Origin: Eubacteriales bacterium | GTDB lineage: Bacteria > Bacillota > Clostridia > Oscillospirales > CAG-272 | Direction: 5' to 3' | DNA: 64,000 bases | NCBI GenBank assembly: GCA_045652835.1 | Contig: JAZOLE010000129.1 | Coordinates: 933 to 64,932 of the forward strand | Shown: piece by piece, positions 18,546 through 26,591 of the stretch | Numbering within the stretch: the first letter of the stretch is position 1 | Layout: every line of letters begins with the position of its first letter | The notes under the pieces: model-generated | Told to the model about the DNA's origin: nothing | Seen by the model: only the letters and a program-made list of their open reading frames with translations | The model's database searches: none | Program-made: the position numbers and the translations under genes

Positions 18546-19082
18546 TTAATACTCTCTTTTCTTGACCGCTGCCCGAACAACAGCAAATGCCTCGCGCTCG
18601 CCTTTCTCGGCAAGCGTTCGCAGCCAGCTCTCCAAAAGTGCCGCGGTCTCGGGATGCATACGCGAGCGTGCCTGCCCGCGCATAAAGTACGCAAGCGCAC
18701 TTTCATCGGTATATTTTTCCTTTTGATAGGTCTTGCAAGCAGCCATTCTGTCGCAAAACATCTCGGCTACGTAGCGCACAGGCATTTTGACAGCAGAGTA
18801 CGCCCGTGCGGCGGGTACGTAATCAAACCAATACTCATAATGATGCTTGTTACGCCCCTGATGATGCAGCCACATGGCAGAATAGCCCTCACTCTCGCGC
18901 TGCGCCTCGCCCGGGCTGCGCGTGCCTTGGTAGTACTTTGCCCCCGGTATAAACTCAGCAGGCGAATACTTGGAAAGGTCATGCCCAAGTCCCTGTAAGC
19001 CGATGCCGACGCGAAAGCAATGCGCGATCACCTGATGGCGGTGGTGCGTGATGGTGATAAAATGCTTAACGGGATGTGCCAT
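18546..19082 (-). CDS. His-rich hypothetical protein (possibly DUF5662/HD-like)
   Basis: HHRHQVIAH...GHDLSKYSPAEF...WLHHQGRNKHHYEYW. The family assignment is from memory only. Confidence 0.35.
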   Translation of the reverse strand: MAHPVKHFITITHHRHQVIAHCFRVGIGLQGLGHDLSKYSPAEFIPGAKYYQGTRSPGEAQRESEGYSAMWLHHQGRNKHHYEYWFDYVPAARAYSAVKMPVRYVAEMFCDRMAACKTYQKEKYTDESALAYFMRGQARSRMHPETAALLESWLRTLAEKGEREAFAVVRAAVKKREY

Positions 19083-19083
19083 A

Positions 19084-20007
19084 TCAGCGCAAGAATCCGT
19101 TGATGATCTGTTCCTCTGCCTCTTTTTCGGTAAGTCCCAGCGTCATCAGCTTGATCAGCTGCTCGCCTGCGATCTTACCAATGGCAGCCTCGTGGATCAG
19201 CGAAGCCTGCACGTGATTTGCCGCTACCTTCGGAATAGCATCCACGCGTGCGCTGTCCATGATAATGGCATCGCACTCGGTATGACCCGAGCAGCAGTTA
19301 TTGCCGTTGATGCAGGAAAGGAAGGTCTGACGAGACTCATCCTTGGCAACCGAACGGGATACGACGTGTGCGCCGCAATTCTCACCGTCCAGATCGACCG
19401 TAAAGTCGGTCACAGCCACCTGCTTGCCGTGCGTCATGATCTTCTCACCGATCACCAGCGTTGCGTGATCGCCAAGCTTTGCACGCGTAACGCGGACAGT
19501 AGAATCCACGCCACCCAGCTGTGCGGACTCGATCTCCATGTAGCCGCCCTCGGCAATATCGATCTCGGTGGTGGGGTTAAGCACCTTTTCGCCCGTTCCC
19601 TCGCCCTGTCCGTAGTGCTTTTCCACGTACTTGAGCTTTGCGTTCTTGCCTACGTGGAAGCTGTGGATACCGTCATGTGCAGTTTCCTCGTCGCCTGCGT
19701 TGTGAATGCCGCAGCCCGCAACGATCAGCACGTCAGCGTCCTCGCCAATGTAAAAGTCATTGTAAACCAAATCCTTCAAACCGGTCTTGGTCAGCAGCAC
19801 GGGAATATCCACGCGCTCATTCTTGGTACCGGGCTTGATGATGATATCGATACCGGGCTTATCCGTCTTGGTCACGATATCAATATTTGCGGTGGTGTGT
19901 CTTGCCGCGCCCTCACCGTTTGCGCGGATATTGAACGCACCCTCGGGTACGATCTCCAGATCCATGATCTGATCAAGCAAGCTTTTCTGAATGCTGTCAA
20001 GTGCCAT
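19084..20007 (-). CDS. short SufB/SufD-family Fe-S assembly protein
   Basis: 307 aa. SufBD beta-helix-like repeats. C-terminal HEAAIGKIAGEQL..LMTLGLTEKEAE. Confidence 0.8.
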   Translation of the reverse strand: MALDSIQKSLLDQIMDLEIVPEGAFNIRANGEGAARHTTANIDIVTKTDKPGIDIIIKPGTKNERVDIPVLLTKTGLKDLVYNDFYIGEDADVLIVAGCGIHNAGDEETAHDGIHSFHVGKNAKLKYVEKHYGQGEGTGEKVLNPTTEIDIAEGGYMEIESAQLGGVDSTVRVTRAKLGDHATLVIGEKIMTHGKQVAVTDFTVDLDGENCGAHVVSRSVAKDESRQTFLSCINGNNCCSGHTECDAIIMDSARVDAIPKVAANHVQASLIHEAAIGKIAGEQLIKLMTLGLTEKEAEEQIINGFLR

Positions 20008-20738
20008 TACGCTTCACCTCCTACGATTACTCTGCAGGGCTTTTGCGTACCGAACAGTCCGGGCAAAATCTCGTCCTTGGTGCCCTGTGCGCTCACAGTA
20101 CCCTCGGAAAGCACAATGATGGTATCCGCAATATCCAGAATACGCTCCTGGTGGGTAATGATCAGAATGCTGCCCTTGTTCTTTTCGTACATACGCTCAA
20201 AAACGGTGATCAGCGAGCCAAAGCTCCACAGGTCAATACCTGCCTCAGGCTCATCAAACACAGCAAAGGGGGTGTTTCTTGCGTTGATCATAGCGATCTC
20301 TATTCTCTTGAGCTCACCGCCCGACAACGAGCCGTTGACCTCACGGTTCACGTATTCCTTTGCGCAAAGTCCTACCTCGGAAAGGTACGCGCATGCCTGC
20401 GCAACCGAGATATCCTTGCCTGCTGCGATCGAGATCAGATCCTTGACCGTGATGCCCTTGAAGCGGACAGGCTGCTGGAACGCATAGCTGATGCCCAGCT
20501 TTGCGCGCTCGGTGATACCGAGATTTGTAATGTCCTCACCCTGGAACAGAATTTTGCCCGAGGTGGGGGTAATGATGCCGGCAATCACCTTGGCAAGGGT
20601 GGATTTACCCGAGCCGTTGGGGCCGGTGATGGCGACGAATCTGTCATCAATGGTCAGATTGACGTCGCGCAGTATATCGGTTGTCTTACCGGTGACCTCA
20701 TCGGTTACCGAGTAAGAGATGTGTTGCAGTTCTAACAT
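20007..20738 (-). CDS. sufC: Fe-S cluster assembly ATPase SufC
   Basis: Walker A GPNGSGKST, signature LSGGELKR, Walker B FAVFDEPEAGID. The start/stop overlaps the SufBD gene. Confidence 0.88.
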   Translation of the reverse strand: MLELQHISYSVTDEVTGKTTDILRDVNLTIDDRFVAITGPNGSGKSTLAKVIAGIITPTSGKILFQGEDITNLGITERAKLGISYAFQQPVRFKGITVKDLISIAAGKDISVAQACAYLSEVGLCAKEYVNREVNGSLSGGELKRIEIAMINARNTPFAVFDEPEAGIDLWSFGSLITVFERMYEKNKGSILIITHQERILDIADTIIVLSEGTVSAQGTKDEILPGLFGTQKPCRVIVGGEA

Positions 20739-20776
20739 ATCAGGTCTCCTATGCCGCCAAAGCGGCGCATTACAAT

Positions 20777-21640
20777 TTAGTTATTGCCGTACTTAAACGT
20801 GCGGCGGACTTCAGGCACAGAGGGCAAGCCTTCAGCGGCAGCCATGCGCTCTCTGACCATTTCGGAAAGCTCGTGCGATCTTGTTGCCTTGACCGTTTCA
20901 GCGTCAATAACATCTACAAAATCCACGTAAACGCGTGTTTTTCTCCAAGGGGAACGGTGCTTGACCTTGTCGGTATCGGTCACGCGCACGATCACGATGG
21001 GCACGCCTGCCTTTTTTGCCATGAGGAACACGCCCTCACGGAAAGGCAGCAAGCCTTCAATCTGTCGGTTTCTGGTTCCCTCGGGGAACACGCCGTAAGA
21101 AATGGGCAGGGTCTTCATGCGCTCGGCAACCTCGCGAATGGTGGTCAGCGCTTCACGCGCTTCCTCGCGGTTGATGGGCAAAAAGCCACCCTTGTGCAAG
21201 TATTTGCCTGCAATGGGATAATTAAAATTCTCGGGCTTGGATACGAACGCCACGCTTCTGCCGCGCAAAACGGTCAGCATGGACATAAAATCGTGATCGG
21301 AAAGGTGGTTGGAAACCAGCAGGAAATTCCCCTTGGCAGGCACCTTTTCCTTGCCGCGAACGCGGATCTCCACGCGCGCAAGGCGCAGATACAGCGCAAT
21401 GGTTTCAACCAACAGCGCAAGGTAAAAGCGGTTAGGGCTTGTCTGCGGCTTGGACTTGTCCACAAACAGGGACAGCGAAATAAAACCAAGCACGTACAAT
21501 GCAAAAAATCCTACCGAATAGCCGATCCACATAACAATCGGAATCCAGATATCAAAGATCGAGGTAACCAACGTTGCGTTGAGGAACACGGTCAGCACAG
21601 AACAAAGCGCACCCAGCGTCAAAAACAATTCAAGAAGCAT
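20777..21640 (-). CDS. 1-acyl-sn-glycerol-3-phosphate acyltransferase family
   Basis: N-terminal TM helices, SNHLSDHD (HX4D) and FPEGTR motifs. Confidence 0.8.
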   Translation of the reverse strand: MLLELFLTLGALCSVLTVFLNATLVTSIFDIWIPIVMWIGYSVGFFALYVLGFISLSLFVDKSKPQTSPNRFYLALLVETIALYLRLARVEIRVRGKEKVPAKGNFLLVSNHLSDHDFMSMLTVLRGRSVAFVSKPENFNYPIAGKYLHKGGFLPINREEAREALTTIREVAERMKTLPISYGVFPEGTRNRQIEGLLPFREGVFLMAKKAGVPIVIVRVTDTDKVKHRSPWRKTRVYVDFVDVIDAETVKATRSHELSEMVRERMAAAEGLPSVPEVRRTFKYGNN

Positions 21641-21669
21641 TTTTCAAAAATCCTCCGTAAAATTTTGGT

Positions 21670-22311
21670 TTACTTGGCAAGCTCCATCAGCTCTGCCGTA
21701 ATCTCGCGGAAGCGATCCGCCTCGCTCTGCAGATGTGCAGAGCTTCGCTGTCCGCTCTCAGCCTGCGAGAGCGGCTGAGGCTCACCCACTACCACGCGCA
21801 GTCTTTTGCCAAACAGGAAATGATAATTGCCGTCGATCGCGATCGGCACGACCTCGCTGTTCGCCATGGTGGCAAGCAGCGCAAAGCCGGGACGGAACTT
21901 ATCCATCTCGCCGGTCTTGGAGGTGTGACCCTCGGGGAAAATGATCATACTGTTCCCCTCTTTCATCACGCGCATGCTTTCCTTGATCCAGCCTGTATCC
22001 AATCCAAAGCGATTGACAGGAATGGCGCGGTTGTTAGAGAGCACTTGGCCGACGATCCAGCTTTTTTCCATCTGGTCCTTCGCGGAGAGTATGTGTATAC
22101 GGTATTTCCAAAGCAGTGTTGCGATCACGATGCCGTCCTTATGCGAAAGGTGGTTGCAGGTAAACACCACCGGCTTATCAAAGCCTTTCTTTTTCCGCTC
22201 GGGGTTGGCATAGATCACCTTGGGTCGAAACCCGATATATACAAGCAAAACGCAAAGTCCTCTGAAAATCAGCCCGGCAATCTTGCCAAGCAATTTCTCC
22301 AAACGCTTCAT
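21670..22311 (-). CDS. lysophospholipid acyltransferase family protein
   Basis: CNHLSHKDG and FPEGHTS motifs. ATG at 22311 (MKRLEK) has AAAGG about 9 nt upstream. The ORF-track ATG at 22320 abuts the RBS. Confidence 0.75.
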   Translation of the reverse strand: MKRLEKLLGKIAGLIFRGLCVLLVYIGFRPKVIYANPERKKKGFDKPVVFTCNHLSHKDGIVIATLLWKYRIHILSAKDQMEKSWIVGQVLSNNRAIPVNRFGLDTGWIKESMRVMKEGNSMIIFPEGHTSKTGEMDKFRPGFALLATMANSEVVPIAIDGNYHFLFGKRLRVVVGEPQPLSQAESGQRSSAHLQSEADRFREITAELMELAK

Positions 22312-22353
22312 AACGCCCATCCTTTATCTCATTGCATTAAAATACATTATAGT

Positions 22354-22382
22354 ATTATATCATAAAAGAACCATAATTGCAA
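22354..22382 (-). promoter_or_regulatory. sigma-A promoter of the acyltransferase genes
   Basis: The reverse complement reads TTGCAA-17-TATAAT. Confidence 0.6.
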
Positions 22383-22450
22383 TAGTTTTCATTTAATTTC
22401 GGCAATTTGAAAAGCAAAATTCTTCGTAGAAAGGCTGCAAGAGCAAGTAT

Positions 22451-22484
22451 GAGACCGCTGGGCAATTCCCTGTGGTCTTTTTTT
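22451..22484 (+). terminator. orphan plus-strand hairpin + T7 (no plus-strand CDS upstream)
   Basis: GAGACC..GGG-caatt-CCC..GGTCT followed by TTTTTTT. Confidence 0.4.
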
Positions 22485-22493
22485 CACGCAAAC

Positions 22494-22517
22494 GTAGGGG
22501 CGATGCACGAATCGCCC
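22494..22517 (+). repeat. GTAG-headed REP-like hairpin
   Basis: GTAG-GGGCGAT-gcacga-ATCGCCC. Confidence 0.6.
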
Positions 22518-22557
22518 GCAAACAACCGTTGGGGTTTTATGTGTGGAAACCGTTTCC

Positions 22558-22693
22558 GTTCTTTTTGAGCAAGGAGCTGCAAAAAGAACCAAAAACAGCG
22601 TAAAGAGTGTTTCGCGCTTTGCGAAGCGCGACTTGGGACGCTGTCCCAAGACCCTGCGCCCTTTTTGAAAAAAGGGCGATCAAAAACTTTCAT
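22558..22693 (-). repeat. family-A repeat, copy A4
   Basis: hp4 22558-22589, hp3 22612-22631, hp2 22632-22650, hp1 22658-22677. Confidence 0.85.
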
Positions 22694-22741
22694 CAATCAA
22701 GTCCAAGCCGCGCGCCTCTCGCAAAAATTGCCCAAAAGCAC

Positions 22742-22770
22742 TTGCAATTATACGAAAAACGTGATATAAT
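22742..22770 (+). promoter_or_regulatory. sigma-A promoter of metY-metA
   Basis: TTGCAA-17-TATAAT with an extended TG. About 45 nt of leader before ATG at 22818. Confidence 0.65.
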
Positions 22771-22817
22771 GTGATATTAGTAACAAAAAATGAAATCTTC
22801 CCAAGGAGGGATTTTCC

Positions 22818-24098
22818 ATGTCTTCTTACAAGATCGATACAAAATGCGTACAGTCGGGCTATGAGCCTGCAAACGGCGAGCCTCGCGTGCTGCCTATCGT
22901 ACAAAGCACCACCTATAAATACTCCGACGTTGACCACGTTGGTGACCTGTTCGACCTCAAGGCTGACGGTCACATGTACTCCCGTATCTCCAACCCCACT
23001 TTAGCTTGCGTGGAGGCAAAGATCGCGGATATGGAGGGCGGCGTTGGTGCTATGCTTGTGTCCTCGGGTCAGTCCGCAAGCCTGCTTTCCATTCTCAATA
23101 TCACCAAGGCAGGTCAGAACTTTATCTCCATGTCCTCCATCTACGGCGGTACCATCAATCTGTTTGCCGTCACGCTGCAGCGCATGGGCATTGAGGTGCG
23201 CTTTGCAACGCCCGATATGACCGATCAAGAGATTGAGGCAATGATCGATGAAAACACCCGACTCTTCTTTGGCGAGACCGTGGCAAACCCTGCCCTGATC
23301 GTTTTTGACATTGAAAGATACGCAAACCTTGCCCACAAGCACGGCATTCCGCTGATCGTGGACAACACCTTTGCCACCCCCATTTTGTGCCGTCCCTTTG
23401 AGCACGGCGCGGATATCGTTGTGCACTCCACCACCAAGTACATGGACGGTCATGCAACCGTTGTGGGCGGTGTGATCGTTGACAGCGGTAAGTTTGACTG
23501 GGAAGGTTCGGACAAGTTCCCCGAAATGAACGAGCCGGACGAATCCTATCACGGCGTCATCTACACCAAGCAGTTTGGCAACGCGAATGCCTACATTACC
23601 AAGGTGCGCGTGCAGCTGCTGCGTGACCTTGGCTGCACCATGGCAGCGCTCCCCGCGTTCATTCTCAATCTGGGTCTTGAAACGCTGGCAGTACGTATGG
23701 AAAAGCACTGCTCCAACGCGCTCAAGGTTGCCACCTACCTGCAGAATCACCCCAAGATCGATTGGGTATCCTACCCCTCCCTGCCCGGAGATGCGCAGTA
23801 TGAAATGGCACAGAAATACCTGCCCGACGGCTGCTGCGGCGTCATTTCCTTTGGCGTCAAGGGCGGTCGCGAGGCATCCGTCAGACTCATGGATAGCCTG
23901 AAACTGGCTGCTATCGTAGTCCACGTGGCAGACGCGCGCACCAGCGCCCTGCACCCCGCAAGTGCAACGCACAGACAGCTGACAGACGAGCAGCTGATTG
24001 CCGCAGGCGTACGTCCCGAGCTGGTACGCTTCTCTGTCGGCATTGAAAATCCCGCTGATATTATCGCAGACCTGGAGCAGGCGCTCGAGCAGGTCTAA
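22818..24098 (+). CDS. metY: O-acetylhomoserine aminocarboxypropyltransferase/sulfhydrylase
   Basis: Cys/Met-metabolism PLP fold. HSTTKYMDGH contains the PLP lysine. 426 aa. GGAGG RBS. Confidence 0.88.
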   Translation: MSSYKIDTKCVQSGYEPANGEPRVLPIVQSTTYKYSDVDHVGDLFDLKADGHMYSRISNPTLACVEAKIADMEGGVGAMLVSSGQSASLLSILNITKAGQNFISMSSIYGGTINLFAVTLQRMGIEVRFATPDMTDQEIEAMIDENTRLFFGETVANPALIVFDIERYANLAHKHGIPLIVDNTFATPILCRPFEHGADIVVHSTTKYMDGHATVVGGVIVDSGKFDWEGSDKFPEMNEPDESYHGVIYTKQFGNANAYITKVRVQLLRDLGCTMAALPAFILNLGLETLAVRMEKHCSNALKVATYLQNHPKIDWVSYPSLPGDAQYEMAQKYLPDGCCGVISFGVKGGREASVRLMDSLKLAAIVVHVADARTSALHPASATHRQLTDEQLIAAGVRPELVRFSVGIENPADIIADLEQALEQV

Positions 24099-24138
24099 TC
24101 TATACCAATTACTAATCTACGTATAAGGAGCATCGCAA

Positions 24139-25056
24139 ATGCCCATTAAGATTCCCAACAGACTTCCTGCCACCACCACGCTGCTGGAGGAAAACATCTT
24201 TGTCATGACCGAAACGCGCGCTATCACGCAGGACATTCGTCCTCTGCGCGTGCTCATGCTCAATCTCATGCCGCAAAAGATCGTGACCGAGACGCAGATT
24301 GCAAGACTGATCGGCAACACGCCCTTGCAGGTAGAGCTGGAGCTTTTGCAAACCGCCACGCACAAGGCAACCCACACCTCGGGCGATCACATGCTGGCGT
24401 TTTATAAGACGTTTGCCGAGGTCAAGGACAAGCGCTATGACGGCATGATCATCACGGGCGCACCCGTGGAGCAAATGCCCTTTGAAGAGGTGGACTACTG
24501 GCCCGAGCTTTGCGAGATCATGGAATGGAGCAAGACGCACGTCACCAGCACCTTCCATATTTGCTGGGGCGCGCAGGCAGGTCTTTACTACCATTACGGC
24601 GTACCCAAATATCCTCTTGACAAAAAGCTTTTCGGTGTTTACGAGCACTCGCTTGACTACAAGCGTTCGATTCTGTTCCGCGGCTTTGATGACACCTTTA
24701 AGGTACCCCATTCGCGCCACACCACCTGCCACCGCGAGGACATTGAAAAGGTGCCCGAGATCCGCATTCTGGCAAGCTCTCCCGAGGCGGGCGTGTTTGC
24801 CTGCATGACCGAGAGAGGCAGACAGGTCTTTATCACGGGTCACTCGGAATATGACGCGGACACGCTCAAGAAGGAATACCTGCGCGACAAGAACGCAGGG
24901 CTCCCCATTGATCTGCCCAAGAATTATTTCCCCGAGGATGACGATAGCCGCGATCCCGTGGTTTCCTGGCGCTCCTGCGCGAACCTGCTTTACTCCAACT
25001 GGCTCAATTATTTCGTTTATCAGACCACACCTTACAACATTGAGGAGATTCAATAA
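24139..25056 (+). CDS. metA: homoserine O-acyltransferase, MetA family
   Basis: [11 protein letters not shown]...LNLMPQK...ICWGAQAG are typical of MetA. Confidence 0.9.
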   Translation: MPIKIPNRLPATTTLLEENIFVMTETRAITQDIRPLRVLMLNLMPQKIVTETQIARLIGNTPLQVELELLQTATHKATHTSGDHMLAFYKTFAEVKDKRYDGMIITGAPVEQMPFEEVDYWPELCEIMEWSKTHVTSTFHICWGAQAGLYYHYGVPKYPLDKKLFGVYEHSLDYKRSILFRGFDDTFKVPHSRHTTCHREDIEKVPEIRILASSPEAGVFACMTERGRQVFITGHSEYDADTLKKEYLRDKNAGLPIDLPKNYFPEDDDSRDPVVSWRSCANLLYSNWLNYFVYQTTPYNIEEIQ

Positions 25057-25094
25057 AAGCAGAAACGATACACGGATTGAAGGAATCCGTTACC

Positions 25095-25224
25095 CGGATG
25101 ACTGATCAAGCAGGATGCGCGCTGCAAAGGCGTCCCCGTAGGGGAAGAGGACCCGCAGCGAGTGGAGCGCGGCGGAATGAGCGACCACGGGAAAAGGGGC
25201 CGTGGATTGAATTTGGGACAGTAT
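25095..25224 (+). repeat. family-B repeat, left inverted copy
   Basis: The core 25117-25224 is about 93% identical by eye to the reverse complement of 25697-25804. Confidence 0.85.
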
Positions 25225-25255
25225 TATTCAGAATAAACAGTAAAAGGAGGTGCTT

Positions 25256-25627
25256 TCAAGCACCTCCTAATATACTTTTTACGGTTTGATCTATATAATC
25301 GCACACCCTGCAAAACTCCTTATCAATACACCGATTCGGAATTCTGATCACCAGAAGCCCGTATGCTTCTAATTTTTCGGTTCTCAATTCGTCCTTTTGC
25401 ATACCTTGTTCCGTTTCGTGTTGGCTACCGTCCACCTCGATAATCTATTTTGCTCGGCAACAATAGAAATCTGCGATAAAGTTGTCGATCATGGCCTGTC
25501 TGCGAAATTTCACGGGATAATTACTAAGAAAATCATACCACAAGTGGTTTTCTTGTCTCGTGGCATGAGCATGATTGCGCATATGTTGGGCAGATGGTTT
25601 GTTTTTCTTGTTATATGGCAATGACAT
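25256..25627 (-). pseudogene. DUF559 (Vsr-like) endonuclease-domain gene interrupted by an in-frame TAG
   Basis: AAGGAG RBS and ATG at 25627. Reads ..HLWYDFL..KFRRQAMIDNFIADFYCCRAK-TAG(25445-25447)-IIEVDGSQH...VIRIPN. The stop replaces the conserved Leu of K-L-I-I-E-x-D-G. The frame continues to TGA at 25256-25258. Confidence 0.75.
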
Positions 25628-25696
25628 GGTAGACTCCTTGAATGGTTTTTCAGTATGACACGAGTTATCGAATCTTTTTAAAGGTCGGCAAACGTG

Positions 25697-25826
25697 ATAC
25701 TGTCCCAACATCATCACACGGCCCCTTTTCCCGCGGTCGCTCATTCCGCCGTGCTCCACTCGCTGCGGGTCCTCTTCCCCTACGGGGACGCCTTTGCAGC
25801 GCGCGTCCGCTTCGGTTGCTCATCCT
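25697..25826 (-). repeat. family-B repeat, right inverted copy
   Basis: Inverted partner of 25095-25224. Confidence 0.85.
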
Positions 25827-25866
25827 TCGAAATGCAGCATACGGAGCTTGAAAAAACAAATGCAAG

Positions 25867-26388
25867 TCACTCCGTCTTGCTGACCTTCAGCGTCATCTTG
25901 CAACGCTCGGCTTGCGCGCCGCGGATTTCGATCAGGTAATCAAGCACGATCACGCCTTCGCTCTCCAGGCGATTATCCACGCAAAGCGCCAGCACACCGA
26001 TCTGAAAAGGCATATACGGCGTTTCGTAGGTGCAAAGATGGCGCACACCGCGCTCAAACACCAATGCGGTACTGACCGCGCCCGTGCGGATCATGCTGAC
26101 CGTTTGTGGCTCGTTTTTTGCATAGGACACCATCGTGCGGGAGCCTTCCATGCCGCTCAGCTCGCCCTCATCATATACGATCTCAACTCGACCGCCACGC
26201 ACGCGGACAAGTCCCTCGGTAATCATTTCCAAGGTTTCGCCATCCTGCTCGCCCTCGATTTCCTCGGGCACCATGATGCTGATATCCTCACTCAGCTCTG
26301 CAATCTGCTTTTCATACACTGCGTCAAACAAATTTGCCTTGACCGCGCTGCGCTCGGACACGATACTGACACTCACGTACTCTTTCAT
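25867..26388 (-). CDS. DUF1934-like (YwiB-like) protein
   Basis: 173 aa, acidic. VRVRGGRVEIVYDE...MIRTGAVSTALVFERG..Y.TPY pattern recalled for DUF1934. Confidence 0.5.
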   Translation of the reverse strand: MKEYVSVSIVSERSAVKANLFDAVYEKQIAELSEDISIMVPEEIEGEQDGETLEMITEGLVRVRGGRVEIVYDEGELSGMEGSRTMVSYAKNEPQTVSMIRTGAVSTALVFERGVRHLCTYETPYMPFQIGVLALCVDNRLESEGVIVLDYLIEIRGAQAERCKMTLKVSKTE

Positions 26389-26518
26389 ATTTCAAAACAC
26401 CTCGATTTTTTGCTCATTGCTACTATTATAGTACATTCCGCTCTCTCTGTCAAGCACAAATACGCGAGATCAATATTGTGTAGGTTTCACAAAACTGGAG
26501 TGACACCGCTTTTTTGGC

Positions 26519-26547
26519 TTGACATTTGTTATGTAAAGCGGTATAAT
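26519..26547 (+). promoter_or_regulatory. consensus sigma-A promoter of the SBP gene
   Basis: TTGACA-17-TATAAT. Confidence 0.7.
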
Positions 26548-26591
26548 AAAATGAATGTATATCCCCATTAAAATTTTTTACGGAGGTTATA

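Noticed and set aside
25445-25447. In-frame TAG in the DUF559 gene as stop-codon recoding (pyrrolysine or an alternative genetic code).
   Set aside because: The codon sits at a conserved Leu position, one substitution from TTG. No pyl genes or PYLIS-like context is visible. The other genes in the window are read consistently with the standard code. A simple nonsense mutation or a sequencing error is more likely.
25095-25826. Calling the inverted-repeat-flanked DUF559 cassette an insertion sequence.
   Set aside because: It has no transposase, and I could not see a clear target-site duplication. It is kept as a finding but not annotated as a mobile element.
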